In this document: in pieces, positions 55,131 through 64,000 of the stretch
Numbering within the stretch: the first letter of the stretch is position 1
Layout of the letters: every line of letters starts with the position of its first letter
From: a virus
Lineage: Duplodnaviria; Caudoviricetes
IMG/VR virus record: IMGVR_UViG_3300010398_000010
Coordinates: 25,349-89,348 of that record
Reading direction: 5' to 3' (one strand)
DNA: 64,000 nucleotides
The notes under the pieces: model-generated
The model's database searches: none
The model's input: the letters and a program-made list of their open reading frames with translations, nothing else
Told to the model about the DNA's origin: nothing
Program-made: the position numbers and the translations under genes

Positions 55131-57113
55131 ATGACCGTGACCGACGACGACGATCCCACGACCGCGCGGCGGCGCTTCCCGTGGATCGGCGTTGAGCTAT
55201 CCGCCGGCGGCGGGCTCGGCCTGTGGGTCGGCTCACTTGCCGTGGGATGGTTCGCCCTGCCCCCGGGCACGGTCATGTGGATACTCGGCGCGGCCGGGAT
55301 CTGCGCCACGTTCGGCGTGTTTTTCCGCACCGGCTCAATGCCGCTCACCATGCTCACCCTCGCGTGGACCGTGCTCACCTTGGCGTGGTTCATTTACGCG
55401 CTGTCCCGCTCACCGTGGGACAGCCACGCGCTCACCCTGCTCATCTGCGCCGTGCTGTTCCTCGCGTTCCTCGGAACCGAGACCTGGGCCAGATGGGATA
55501 AGGCGATGGACCGGTACGCCGCCGGCGAACTGGCGCGGATGGACCTGCTCGAACGCCGCCGCTACGAAAAGATCTTCGCGCTGCTCGGCCAGCCGGTCAC
55601 CGTCACCGCCGTCGATGAGGACCGGTCGGGGACGCTCGTGCGGATCCAGCCACCCAGCGACGGGAAGATCACCCTCACCTCACTGGACAGCATCGCCCGC
55701 AATGTTGAGGTCGCGCTCAAAGCCCGGCCAGGCTCGATCCGGTTTGAACACGGCGCCCACGCCGGCGAGATCACCATGCGCCGGTCCGAAAAAGACATCC
55801 TGGTACAGCCCGTCCACATGCCCGCCGACTACGGCCCGCTGACCGTCAACCGGCCCGTCCGGATCGCCACCCTTGAGGATGGCCGGCCCTACGAAACGCT
55901 GTTCCGCGAGGTCGCGACCCTCGCGGTCGGGGAACGCGGCAGCGGCAAGTCCAACCTGGCCAACGTCATCATCGCCCAGCTGGTGCGCTGCATCGACGTG
56001 ATCGTCCTGGTCATCGACCTCAAACAGGGCCGGATGGCCCGGCCGTGGGTCGCGCCGTGGGTCAACAACCCGGCCGTCATTGGCCGCCCGTCAGTGGACT
56101 GGGTCGCCACCACCCGCGAAGAGGCGCACATCATGCTCTCGGCCCTGGTCAGGGGGATCGAGGCACGCGCCGGGTCCGGGTACGGCGGCGAGAAGCTGAC
56201 CCCCGACCGTGAACACCCCGCCGTGCTGCTGGTCACCGATGAGATCAAAGTCATGTTCGACTACCGGCGCGGCCCCAAGATCCCGATGGACCCCGACGCC
56301 CCGGCGGTGATCACCAACTCCGAACTGGCCATGCTCGGCACCGACGTGACCGAACGCGGCCGGTCCGAGGCCATCGACCCCATCCTGTTCGCGCTGCGCG
56401 GCGTGTCCGACTCAACCGGAGGAACAGACATCAAGGCGCAGTGCCACAAGCGCATCGGGCTGCGCTGCGCGAGCGAAGCCGAGGCCAGATACGTCCTTGA
56501 GGACGACGCCCGCGTGCAACGGATCCTCGCCGGGATGAAACACGCCGGCTCAGCCGTCATCCAAGATGAGCGCACCGGCCCGCACGTGCTCAAGATCGAC
56601 CGGGTCGAGTACGAGCAGATCGCGGAGATCGCCGCCGCCACCTGGGCATTGCGCCCAGAACCCGAACCGCTGCTCGCTGACGCGTGGGGCTCAGCATGGG
56701 CCGACCGGTGGTCCGATGAGCGGGCGGGCGCTTTCAAACGGGCGCTGATGGCCACCCCGTCAGCTGGGGGCGTCGCGCTCACCGTCGCATCCGACCACGT
56801 CCGCCTGACCGATGATCAGGCATTCAAGGATCTGGTGTCATCTGGTGCGCTCGGCGCCGACCCGGAGGCCGGCCTCGATGAACGGCACCGGTTCATGCGG
56901 CAGCTGATCTTCGACGCCAAGGGGTCGGTCTCCCCGAAGTGGCTGCTGCGGCTGCTCGGTGAGGCGCACCGGCAAGGCCGGCTCGACCGCGACGCGCCCG
57001 CACGTGCGGTGCTGCACCGCTGGCTCAAGGCCGACGTGGCGGACGGGATCATCGTCAAAGACTCGTTCGGGGCGTACGCGAAACCGCGCCCGGGGCAGTC
57101 GCGGGCGGCATGA
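55131..57113 (+). CDS. traB: TraB-like FtsK/SpoIIIE conjugative DNA translocase
   Basis: N-terminal TMs; VGERGSGKSN Walker A; VIDLKQG..PW; VLLVTDE Walker B; GRS; C-terminal wHTH-like (VLHRWL..G). Confidence 0.82.
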   Translation: MTVTDDDDPTTARRRFPWIGVELSAGGGLGLWVGSLAVGWFALPPGTVMWILGAAGICATFGVFFRTGSMPLTMLTLAWTVLTLAWFIYALSRSPWDSHALTLLICAVLFLAFLGTETWARWDKAMDRYAAGELARMDLLERRRYEKIFALLGQPVTVTAVDEDRSGTLVRIQPPSDGKITLTSLDSIARNVEVALKARPGSIRFEHGAHAGEITMRRSEKDILVQPVHMPADYGPLTVNRPVRIATLEDGRPYETLFREVATLAVGERGSGKSNLANVIIAQLVRCIDVIVLVIDLKQGRMARPWVAPWVNNPAVIGRPSVDWVATTREEAHIMLSALVRGIEARAGSGYGGEKLTPDREHPAVLLVTDEIKVMFDYRRGPKIPMDPDAPAVITNSELAMLGTDVTERGRSEAIDPILFALRGVSDSTGGTDIKAQCHKRIGLRCASEAEARYVLEDDARVQRILAGMKHAGSAVIQDERTGPHVLKIDRVEYEQIAEIAAATWALRPEPEPLLADAWGSAWADRWSDERAGAFKRALMATPSAGGVALTVASDHVRLTDDQAFKDLVSSGALGADPEAGLDERHRFMRQLIFDAKGSVSPKWLLRLLGEAHRQGRLDRDAPARAVLHRWLKADVADGIIVKDSFGAYAKPRPGQSRAA

Positions 57114-57123
57114 TAGGGCTGAC

Positions 57124-57333
57124 ATGGGATCGTGGCCACTGTTCGGCTGGGGTGCCGGTGGTGTCGCGGTTGGCTGCGCCATCGGCTACGGGCTACAGGT
57201 GCCGCCGTGGACGTTCGCGGTGCTCGGCGCGCTCGGCGCGATCTGCGGATGGGTGGCCGGCTTGTGGGTGCAGAGCCGGATTGAGAGGGACGATGATGGC
57301 GGACACGGGCCGGGATCACACGGGGACGGCTGA
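57124..57333 (+). CDS. small Gly-rich membrane protein
   Basis: Two hydrophobic helices; directly after traB. Confidence 0.5.
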   Translation: MGSWPLFGWGAGGVAVGCAIGYGLQVPPWTFAVLGALGAICGWVAGLWVQSRIERDDDGGHGPGSHGDG

Positions 57334-57733
57334 GTCGATTTTGCGGTTGCGCGCCGATGAGGGCGCGTCGTTTGTGCTCCGGATCGTCCTTGAGCCGGTG
57401 GCCCCCAATGGGGCCGGCCAAAGTGACCGGTGGCCAAGTGACACCATGCCGTCGACCTGGGCCGGGGCGTCGGCGGGTGGGACCGTTGGCGGTGGTGGAA
57501 CCGGGGCGGGTTCACCGGGAGTCTCGGCCGGGTCACATGGGCCGGTGACAGCGCCGCCGCCGGTCCCGGAGGTCCCGGCTGGGGTCCGGTGGGACATCGT
57601 TGAGAAGCAGGCGCGGCTGCTGAACCTCAGGGCGCCTAGTCATGTCGGCCGGGCTCCGGTCTGGTCGCTTGAGGGGTATGAGTGGGTGCTCGAGCTGGCG
57701 GTTGAGGGCGCGAACGCGCGGGGGCTGCTGTGA
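57293..57733 (+). CDS. hypothetical protein
   Basis: GAGAGG RBS; GTGA coupling downstream. Confidence 0.45.
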   Translation: MMADTGRDHTGTAESILRLRADEGASFVLRIVLEPVAPNGAGQSDRWPSDTMPSTWAGASAGGTVGGGGTGAGSPGVSAGSHGPVTAPPPVPEVPAGVRWDIVEKQARLLNLRAPSHVGRAPVWSLEGYEWVLELAVEGANARGLL

Positions 57734-58194
57734 GGGTCACCGTCGATGGGCTCGATCTGTCGACGCCGCTGGGCGGCGACGATGAGAACCGGGTGACGCT
57801 GGCGGATCTGATCGCGGCCGAGGTCGGCCGGTCGATGGTGGCCCAAGGTATCGCTGAGCTCGAGTCGTTGCGGGAGCGGGTGCGGGGGATCCGCGATGAG
57901 CAGATCCGCGAGCAGGTCGCCGCGGAGGTCCGCGAGGCGCTGCATGGTGTGCCGTCGCATGTGCCGGTCACCTTGGCTGAGGTGATCCGCGTCGAGGCGT
58001 GGCAGCAGATCCACCGGGGCGATCTCTATCAGGGAACGTCGACGCCGCTCAAGCAGGTGGTGGCCGCGCTGGTCTATGACCAGTTGCACGCCGAGGCGGA
58101 TGCGCTGGTCAAGGACGCGCGTGACAAGATCCGGGAGCAGGTGCGGGAAGAGATCGCTACCATCGTGTCCCGGAATTTCCGCACGCTGGAGTGA
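57730..58194 (+). CDS. coiled-coil hypothetical protein
   Basis: IRDEQIREQVAAEVREAL helical repeats. Confidence 0.6.
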   Translation: MRVTVDGLDLSTPLGGDDENRVTLADLIAAEVGRSMVAQGIAELESLRERVRGIRDEQIREQVAAEVREALHGVPSHVPVTLAEVIRVEAWQQIHRGDLYQGTSTPLKQVVAALVYDQLHAEADALVKDARDKIREQVREEIATIVSRNFRTLE

Positions 58195-58198
58195 GCCG

Positions 58199-58426
58199 TT
58201 GATCATCGTCGTTGGGATGCTGGTGCGGCCGGGCCGGGGACAGGCCCGGCGGCTGGCGCTGGCTGAGGCGCGGTTCTGGCAGCTGGCGTCGATGACGGCG
58301 GCGCTGCTGGCGCTGTTGACCGGCTGGGCGTTCGCGCGGATGCTGCTGCTCATGTTCACGCTGTATACGGCGACGTGGATCAAGATTTACCTGATGCTGC
58401 GGCTGCTGGCGGTGACCCGATGGTGA
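58199..58426 (+). CDS. small membrane protein
   Basis: TTG start estimated; hydrophobic helices. Confidence 0.4.
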   Translation: MIIVVGMLVRPGRGQARRLALAEARFWQLASMTAALLALLTGWAFARMLLLMFTLYTATWIKIYLMLRLLAVTRW

Positions 58427-58758
58427 TGGCCGTGGTGGGCGCGTTGCTCACCCTCGCTGTGCTGCTGCGGCTGCTCGCCACCGCCGCGCGGACGTTCGTG
58501 TCTGACCTGAATTTCCTTGGCAGCGAGATCGGTTTGGGTATCGCGTCGGTGTTCATGCGCCCGATCCGCCGTGAGCAGGCGTGGATGGCTGGCCTCGATG
58601 AGGTGTTTCCCAACGCGGTGCTGCCGCTGATGGGTGATTTCACCAGCTGGCGGTATGTGCCGATGGTGGGCGTGACCGCCCGCGCTGATGGGGTCAGGCA
58701 CCGGGAGATCGACAAGATGCACCGGGTCATCCTCGCCCTCACCATCAACCGATGGTGA
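58420..58758 (+). CDS. membrane-anchored hypothetical protein
   Basis: N-terminal TM; overlap with the upstream gene. Confidence 0.45.
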   Translation: MVMAVVGALLTLAVLLRLLATAARTFVSDLNFLGSEIGLGIASVFMRPIRREQAWMAGLDEVFPNAVLPLMGDFTSWRYVPMVGVTARADGVRHREIDKMHRVILALTINRW

Positions 58759-58854
58759 CCAGGTGAACGCGTAACTGACCAGCGTGTTCGCGGCGTGCCG
58801 GGGTAGCTGCCGGTGCGATAATTTCACCCCTATCCCCGTGATCTGGCCCGTGTA

Positions 58855-59220
58855 TTGTGCCCATCGAAGGGTGGCAGTGGCGCGTTGACCGACCTACCGG
58901 CGCGGATCGAAGTCCAAGCGCCCGGCGTTCTGCTGATGGCGCTCGATGCCGCTGTGCCTTGGTGGATGGTGCAGCTGTCGTTGATGACCAAGACGGACCG
59001 GCTCACCATCGCGCAGGCCGACGCCATGCTGATCGCGGATCACCTCGACACCCTCGACACGGCCGACGTGCTCGATCTGCGCCAAGACGTGTTCAGCGCG
59101 CTGGCGCGGGCGATCGCGTTTGGCGCACTTAACGGCGGCGTCTGGGCGTTCGGCCGCCACTGGGGCGGCGACGATGAAGTGAACCCGCCCGGTCCGGAAA
59201 CCGAACCGGTTGGCACGTAG
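58855..59220 (+). CDS. hypothetical protein
   Basis: ORF track. Confidence 0.5.
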   Translation: MCPSKGGSGALTDLPARIEVQAPGVLLMALDAAVPWWMVQLSLMTKTDRLTIAQADAMLIADHLDTLDTADVLDLRQDVFSALARAIAFGALNGGVWAFGRHWGGDDEVNPPGPETEPVGT

Positions 59221-59263
59221 CAGATCTGGCCTTGGCCCGGCCTTGGCGTTCTAAGGTGGACCG

Positions 59264-60049
59264 ATGGGCGGGGACGGGCGCGATCCGGTAGCTGACGCTG
59301 CCTCGGTACTGATCCGGTGCCTAGCGGCGGCTGAGGCGGTCGTCGCGGTGCGCGATGCCAGCGGAAGCGGGCTGATCACCGGGACGGCGGCTGAGTCAGA
59401 GCCACCGGGCAACTGGCTCGCGCTGTGCGCGCTGATGATCCCGCACCGGGAGGTGCGGGTGCTCGAGTGGGAAGTACGGCGGCAGGTGACCGGTACTGAT
59501 CTTTTCCGCGGCGGCTCGGCCGCGAACACCCAAGGCGCCATCGCGGCGCTTGTGTCCATGTCCGCGACGCTGCCCCGCGAGCAGTCAAGGATGATCGAAA
59601 CGCAGATCGAACGATGGTCGTCGCTCGCGCTCGCGCTCCCCGCCGTCGACCGTCTCCCCCAATGGCTCGATGGGTTCATGGGCGACTGGCCCGATCCTGA
59701 CTGCCCCTACTGCGGGCATGGGACGCTGCGGGTCAACGACGCGGTCGGGATCGTCGCCTGCCTGAAACCGTCGTGCCCCGGTGTGATCGACGGCACCCGG
59801 CTCTGGGCTCGGGTCGACCGTGATGACGCCGGCCGTGTTGTGCTCCGATGGGTAGACGGGACCACCCAGACCTATGAGCGAACTGACCGGCCCGGTCGGC
59901 ATGACGCTGGACGAACTCGCGGGGTTCCTGCGCCGGCCGATGGTGACCAAGGAACAGATGGCGCGGATCTTCGCCCAGCTGCCGGGGATGGTGCCGATCG
60001 GCACCCGGCCCTCAGGCGGCGGCCGTCCGATAGATGTGTACGACGCTGA
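59264..60049 (+). CDS. Zn-ribbon-containing hypothetical protein
   Basis: CPYCG..VACLKPSC; C-terminus overlaps the next ORF. Confidence 0.55.
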   Translation: MGGDGRDPVADAASVLIRCLAAAEAVVAVRDASGSGLITGTAAESEPPGNWLALCALMIPHREVRVLEWEVRRQVTGTDLFRGGSAANTQGAIAALVSMSATLPREQSRMIETQIERWSSLALALPAVDRLPQWLDGFMGDWPDPDCPYCGHGTLRVNDAVGIVACLKPSCPGVIDGTRLWARVDRDDAGRVVLRWVDGTTQTYERTDRPGRHDAGRTRGVPAPADGDQGTDGADLRPAAGDGADRHPALRRRPSDRCVRR

Positions 60050-60152
60050 TCACGTCATCGAATGGCACCACGCCAACCGGCGATGGCTCACCGAACCCGC
60101 GCCGCCCCGGGCAGCCTTAACCCCGGTCTGGCGCACCGCCGCCGGCCCCTGA
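59874..60152 (+). CDS. putative MerR/wHTH-like small DNA-binding protein
   Basis: MTLDELAGFL...GRPIDVYDA..V..W. Confidence 0.5.
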   Translation: MSELTGPVGMTLDELAGFLRRPMVTKEQMARIFAQLPGMVPIGTRPSGGGRPIDVYDADHVIEWHHANRRWLTEPAPPRAALTPVWRTAAGP

Positions 60153-60512
60153 TGGTCGCGGCCGACTTGCCCCGGCCGGCTTTCGGGAGATAAGTTGCGC
60201 CTGACGAACCCTGCCCGGAAACAGGCACCAGAGCCCTACGGGGACGGCCTGACGGGCACGGGGGGCTTGACAAAGCAGGCCCGCGCCGCAGTTGCGCCGG
60301 CCTGCCCCGCCCATACGAGCAGGCCGGCCGAATGCCACCCTCGGCACTACGGCGCGGGTCTACCATCCCGTCATGGCTGGCCCGCCGCGCAAACCGAAGT
60401 GGCCCCGCCGCTGCCCCTGCATCCGCCCGGCATGGTCGGACGTGTGGGTCATCGCGCACCCGGCGTGCCGGATCCACGGCGACGGCCGGGAATGGCGCGT
60501 TAAGCTGCTCTG

Positions 60513-60695
60513 ATGCTGATCGCGGTCACGATCTACCAAGGCGAAAAGATCATCTGGGACAGTCACATCAGCGGCGGTCTCATCCCGGCGCCGGGCGACT
60601 CGATTTCGATCGACGGCAAAACCCATCAGGTCACCCACCGCAGGTGGCTGTTCAGCCTCGGCACCATCAACGGGGTCGAGATCGCGGTTAGCTGA
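60513..60695 (+). CDS. small hypothetical protein
   Basis: IPAPGDSISIDG..HQV beta-rich pattern; TGATG coupling. Confidence 0.5.
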   Translation: MLIAVTIYQGEKIIWDSHISGGLIPAPGDSISIDGKTHQVTHRRWLFSLGTINGVEIAVS

Positions 60696-60704
60696 GGGGC
60701 CACC

Positions 60705-60989
60705 ATGCGCTGCGCCTGGAAGATCCACTGGGGCACCCTGCAAGAGCACACCACCCAATGCGACCGTGATGAGCACATCACCATCCCAGCTGACGCGCCC
60801 GAAGAGGCCATGCGCTCGATCCTGCTCACCCAAGGCGACGGCCAGCACCGCGGCCAAGCGGGAAACGGCGTCACCATGATCGAATGGATGGCCGGTGACC
60901 GGCGCGAATACACCGGCCCCTGGCCCGGCCTCTGCCCCTATCAGCCGTGCGTCTTGCACGCCGGTCACTACGGCGACCACGCGCCATGA
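60705..60989 (+). CDS. Cys/His-containing hypothetical protein
   Basis: GAGGGG RBS; C..H..H motifs. Confidence 0.5.
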   Translation: MRCAWKIHWGTLQEHTTQCDRDEHITIPADAPEEAMRSILLTQGDGQHRGQAGNGVTMIEWMAGDRREYTGPWPGLCPYQPCVLHAGHYGDHAP

Positions 60990-61345
60990 GACCGCGCCTG
61001 ACCACCACCCAGCGTGGGCTAGGCGCTGGCCATCAGCGAGCGCGCCGCGACATGGTCGCCGCCCTGGTCGATGGCACCCGCTGCCCGCGGCGGTCGATCT
61101 GCGGCGGGCTGCCGATGTACTCAACCCCGGCTGCCGCTGCTGCGGCCGGGCTACCGCGCAAGCTGTGGAACGTCAACGCCGACCATGTGATCCCCCGCGC
61201 GCTCGGCGGCGCGAAAGGTCCTATGGTCCTCGCCCATGAGCACTGCAACAAATCGGCCGGCGCGACCCTCGGCAACAAGCTCCGCGCAGCTAGGCGCGCA
61301 GCCGCACGAGCGGCCACCATGCCCCGCACCTACACCCGCTGGTGA
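60986..61345 (+). CDS. HNH endonuclease (packaging-associated type)
   Basis: CP..C...ADHVIPRALGG....LAHEHCNKSAG; ATGA overlap. Confidence 0.85.
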   Translation: MRPRLTTTQRGLGAGHQRARRDMVAALVDGTRCPRRSICGGLPMYSTPAAAAAAGLPRKLWNVNADHVIPRALGGAKGPMVLAHEHCNKSAGATLGNKLRAARRAAARAATMPRTYTRW

Positions 61346-61351
61346 CCAGCC

Positions 61352-61561
61352 ATGACCACACCCGACCCGGCTGACTACGCCGCCGCCATCCGGCAGGCGA
61401 TGGGCATGGTCCCCCCAGGCACAGCCGACCCGGTCGCCTGGGTCGCTGACCTGCTCGGCATCACCCCCGCGCAGGTGCAAGACGTGCTGTCCCCCGTGCT
61501 CAACCCGCACGGCTACTGGGATGGATGGTTCCACCTCGGGATGCAACCCGAAGATGAGTGA
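61352..61561 (+). CDS. small hypothetical protein
   Basis: ORF track. Confidence 0.45.
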   Translation: MTTPDPADYAAAIRQAMGMVPPGTADPVAWVADLLGITPAQVQDVLSPVLNPHGYWDGWFHLGMQPEDE

Positions 61562-61590
61562 ACGTCGCACCATGCCGATAGCCTGCGAAT

Positions 61591-62208
61591 ATGACCATGC
61601 CCTACCCCGACTGGGCTGCTGAGCCCGGACTATCCCAAGTGATCTGCCACTGCACGGGCGAGGAATTCGTGTTCCTGGTCTCCGACGTGGCCGCCCGCCT
61701 GGTCTGCACCCGCTGCCAAGCCGTCAACGGCGTCTTTTCCCGCATCCAAGGCGAGCCCTTGGTCACCTTTGACGACGTGCCACCCATGCCACCCGGCCTG
61801 CCCAGGCAGCTGCCCCACACGCCGCCACCCGAAGAGATCATGCCCCCCCGCGACACGCTGCCACCATCAGGTGCCACCTGGGGCGACCCACCACCCGGCA
61901 TCCCACCCGAACCCCTCGACCAGCCACCGGACATCATCGACATCAGCAGCATGGGTGACGCGCCGCAAGACGCCACCGGGCTACTCGCCGGGAAATACAA
62001 CGTCGATGGTGGCCTGCCCGAAATGAGCCCCGAAGTGTGCAACGCCATCCTTGTAGGCGGCATCCTCGACGGCCGGCTCACCTACGTCCCCCCCGACGTA
62101 GCCACCTACATCATCGCCGGATCCGGCACCTGGCTGCGGACCGCCGAAACCACGCCACCCGAACCCACCGCGCCACAAGGACGCCGCGTCTACCTATTCA
62201 AGGGGTGA
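61591..62208 (+). CDS. Zn-ribbon plus Pro-rich hypothetical protein
   Basis: ICHC..CTRC then Pro-rich linker. Confidence 0.5.
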   Translation: MTMPYPDWAAEPGLSQVICHCTGEEFVFLVSDVAARLVCTRCQAVNGVFSRIQGEPLVTFDDVPPMPPGLPRQLPHTPPPEEIMPPRDTLPPSGATWGDPPPGIPPEPLDQPPDIIDISSMGDAPQDATGLLAGKYNVDGGLPEMSPEVCNAILVGGILDGRLTYVPPDVATYIIAGSGTWLRTAETTPPEPTAPQGRRVYLFKG

Positions 62209-62450
62209 CCAACCATGTGCCAGCATGGCCGCACCGGTCCGTGCAAGCAATGCCGCAACCAAGGCAGCTGAACGCTAAATCTCCTGGGTCAATCCCGCCG
62301 CCACCCAGGCACGGCGCACCCCGCACTGCATGGGCGGGTCCGGGTTGCGCCGGATGGGCCGGGCAGCCCCACGCACCACCTTTCTGTGATCCTCCCGATC
62401 GCTGCGCCCGCGTGGGCCACCTGCTGCCCGGCCCTGCCACACTTGCCACC

Positions 62451-62651
62451 ATGACCAACGCCGGCCAGCGCGACGCCCAGCTTGAGCGCTACACCGGCCT
62501 GCGCGATGGTGGCCTCAACCGGTACGACGCCGCCGCGCAGCTGGGCATCACCGGAGGTGCCGCCGACCGGTACGAACGCCAATACCGCGAACGACGCCAC
62601 CTGCCCCCACGCCGCCGGCTCATCCCCGAACAGCTGCCCCGCAGACTCTAA
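62451..62651 (+). CDS. small HTH-like protein
   Basis: LRDGGLNRYDAAAQLGIT...RYER. Confidence 0.5.
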   Translation: MTNAGQRDAQLERYTGLRDGGLNRYDAAAQLGITGGAADRYERQYRERRHLPPRRRLIPEQLPRRL

Positions 62652-62669
62652 CCATCAAGGGGACAGACC

Positions 62670-63215
62670 ATGCCTGACGGACTGCTCCCCGGCGACCTGC
62701 TCGCCACCCGCGGCGACGGCTGGACATCCGCGCTCATCCGCCTCGGCGCCGCGCTGCTCGACCACCCCAACATGATCAACCACATCGCCATCGTCCACCA
62801 CCGCGACGCCACCGGCACCCTATGGTGCATCGAAGGCCGCCCGGGGGGAGTCGGCTGGCGCGACGCGCAAGGCTACCTGGGCAGCCATTGGACGCTGTGC
62901 AACACCACCCAGCCCAAAACCGACAAACAACGCGCCGCCATCGCCAAAGGCGCCGAGGCGCTGATCGGCACCGAATACGACTGGGCAGCCATCGCAGCCG
63001 ACGCCGGCCAAGCGTTCCGCCTCGGCCAAGCATGGTCACTCAAATGGCGCGACGGCCAAGTCCCCGGCCAAGTCGTCTGTAGCAGCCTCGCCGCCTACCT
63101 CTACGACAAAGCCGACCTCGACCACCCCCCCGGCGACCGCAAAGTCTCCCCCGCCAACTGGGTCGACCTATGGGTCAACCACGACTGGGCCACCCGCCCC
63201 CACCAAACGGCCTAA
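62670..63215 (+). CDS. permuted NlpC/P60 (YiiX/YebB-like) amidase/peptidase
   Basis: LPGDLL..NHIAI..CIEG..IGTEYD..VVCSSL (His before Cys). Confidence 0.85.
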   Translation: MPDGLLPGDLLATRGDGWTSALIRLGAALLDHPNMINHIAIVHHRDATGTLWCIEGRPGGVGWRDAQGYLGSHWTLCNTTQPKTDKQRAAIAKGAEALIGTEYDWAAIAADAGQAFRLGQAWSLKWRDGQVPGQVVCSSLAAYLYDKADLDHPPGDRKVSPANWVDLWVNHDWATRPHQTA

Positions 63216-63383
63216 CCTGCTAACCTCACAGCGCTGGCCACCCGGACCAAGCACCCTTCAACGCCACGGGGGGGCCAAGCCCGCATCCGTTCCCTTGCGG
63301 CTCCGGACGCCAGCGCGGGCGGCAGCGCGCCACACCCACCCCGGCGCACTGCCGCCCCCAACACGCCACCAAGGAACCCCCGC

Positions 63384-63803
63384 ATGGCGACCTACGGACC
63401 ATACCCAGCACGCGTCATCGCGGTCCACGACGGCGACACCATCCTGCTCGATCTTGACGTGGGCTTTGGCGTCGTCATGTCCGCCCGTGACTTCCACGGC
63501 AAAACCACCCTCGCCATGCGCGCCTACGGCATCAACGCCCCCGAACTATCCACCACCCCAGGAACCGACGCCCTCGACTACGCCCAAACCCTGCTACACC
63601 CAGGCGACCTAGTCACCGCCACATCACACTCATGGGACAAATACGGAGGCCGATGGCTCGGCACCATCACCCTCCCAGACGGCACCGACTACGCCCAGCG
63701 GATGCTACAAGCAGGCCACGCCAAGCCCTACACAGGCCAAGGGCCAAAAGACGCAGGGGAGCCACCGCGCCAGAACACTCGCGGCGGCTCAGGCGCAACC
63801 TAA
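63384..63803 (+). CDS. thermonuclease (SNase-like)
   Basis: RVIAVHDGDT..RAYGINAPE..DKYGGRWLG..MLQAGHA. Confidence 0.9.
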   Translation: MATYGPYPARVIAVHDGDTILLDLDVGFGVVMSARDFHGKTTLAMRAYGINAPELSTTPGTDALDYAQTLLHPGDLVTATSHSWDKYGGRWLGTITLPDGTDYAQRMLQAGHAKPYTGQGPKDAGEPPRQNTRGGSGAT

Positions 63804-64000
63804 CCTGCACACATGACACATGACATGCACCTCGCCTAGTCACCAACCGGCCACTGGTCACCAACAGGGAACTCGCCCACCCATCATCTTGGACCCCCCC
63901 ATCGTCCTGACCACCCCACTGATCGACCACCCCGGGCGCTGGCTCAGCGACCATCCCCCGCGCGCCGGACAGATAGTCGTTCATGATCCTTTCCGGCGAC

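Noticed and set aside
57110-57740. TraB clt locus (8-bp direct repeat array) downstream of traB
   Set aside because: No convincing array of short direct repeats found by eye; needs a systematic repeat search
63667-63984. - strand ORF as a real gene or terminase small subunit
   Set aside because: It overlaps the nuclease gene in antisense and has no recognisable motif
1-64000. CRISPR array, tRNA or rRNA genes
   Set aside because: No regularly spaced repeat-spacer array or cloverleaf/rRNA-like sequence was seen by eye; tRNAscan would be needed to fully exclude a tRNA
1-64000. Calling the element an integrated prophage or a phage-plasmid
   Set aside because: No integrase, att site, parA/parB or host flanking genes appear in the window, so lifestyle cannot be decided

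Overview
The whole window is one contiguous, high-GC segment of a tailed (siphovirus-type) actinobacterial phage or prophage. Portal, capsid, terminase and integrase genes are not visible and presumably lie outside it. Layout: (1) 1-14.2 kb, + strand neck and tail genes: head-tail adaptor, tail terminator, major tail protein, tail assembly chaperone with a G-GGA-AAC -1 frameshift, tape measure protein with NlpC/P60 and lysozyme-like domains, distal tail/fibre and hub proteins. (2) 14.2-16 kb, lysis cassette with a GH25 endolysin and holin-like proteins. (3) 16-19.9 kb, translationally coupled to the holin, a four-gene polysaccharide cassette (hyaluronan/chitin-synthase-like processive GT2, exported GH26 hydrolase, secreted Cys-rich protein, putative hydrolase-like protein) closed by a terminator. 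(4) 20-52.4 kb, mostly - strand early, replication and accessory genes: many small ORFs, Mom-like GNAT, DUF932, SLOG, WhiA-like HTH, RusA, PAPS-reductase-like, MazG-like, DpdA/TGT-like plus VUT/QPTR transporter, an iteron-flanked AT-rich putative origin, primase-helicase, C5 methyltransferase, RecT-like protein, exonuclease and HTH. A + strand island at 31.3-35.1 kb (XRE HTH, membrane, lipoprotein and secreted proteins, YdjM-like hydrolase) interrupts this arm. (5) 52.6-57.1 kb, an actinomycete plasmid/AICE-type conjugation module (DUF2637, Arg-rich TraA-like, TraB/FtsK-like translocase). (6) 57-64 kb, small + strand genes including HNH, permuted NlpC/P60 and thermonuclease. The most notable candidates are the TraB conjugation module inside a phage, the late-operon polysaccharide synthase cassette, the salvage-type 7-deazaguanine DNA modification pair within a larger DNA-modification set, and the stand-alone WhiA-like HTH. 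All family assignments come from motifs recognised by eye, not from database searches.
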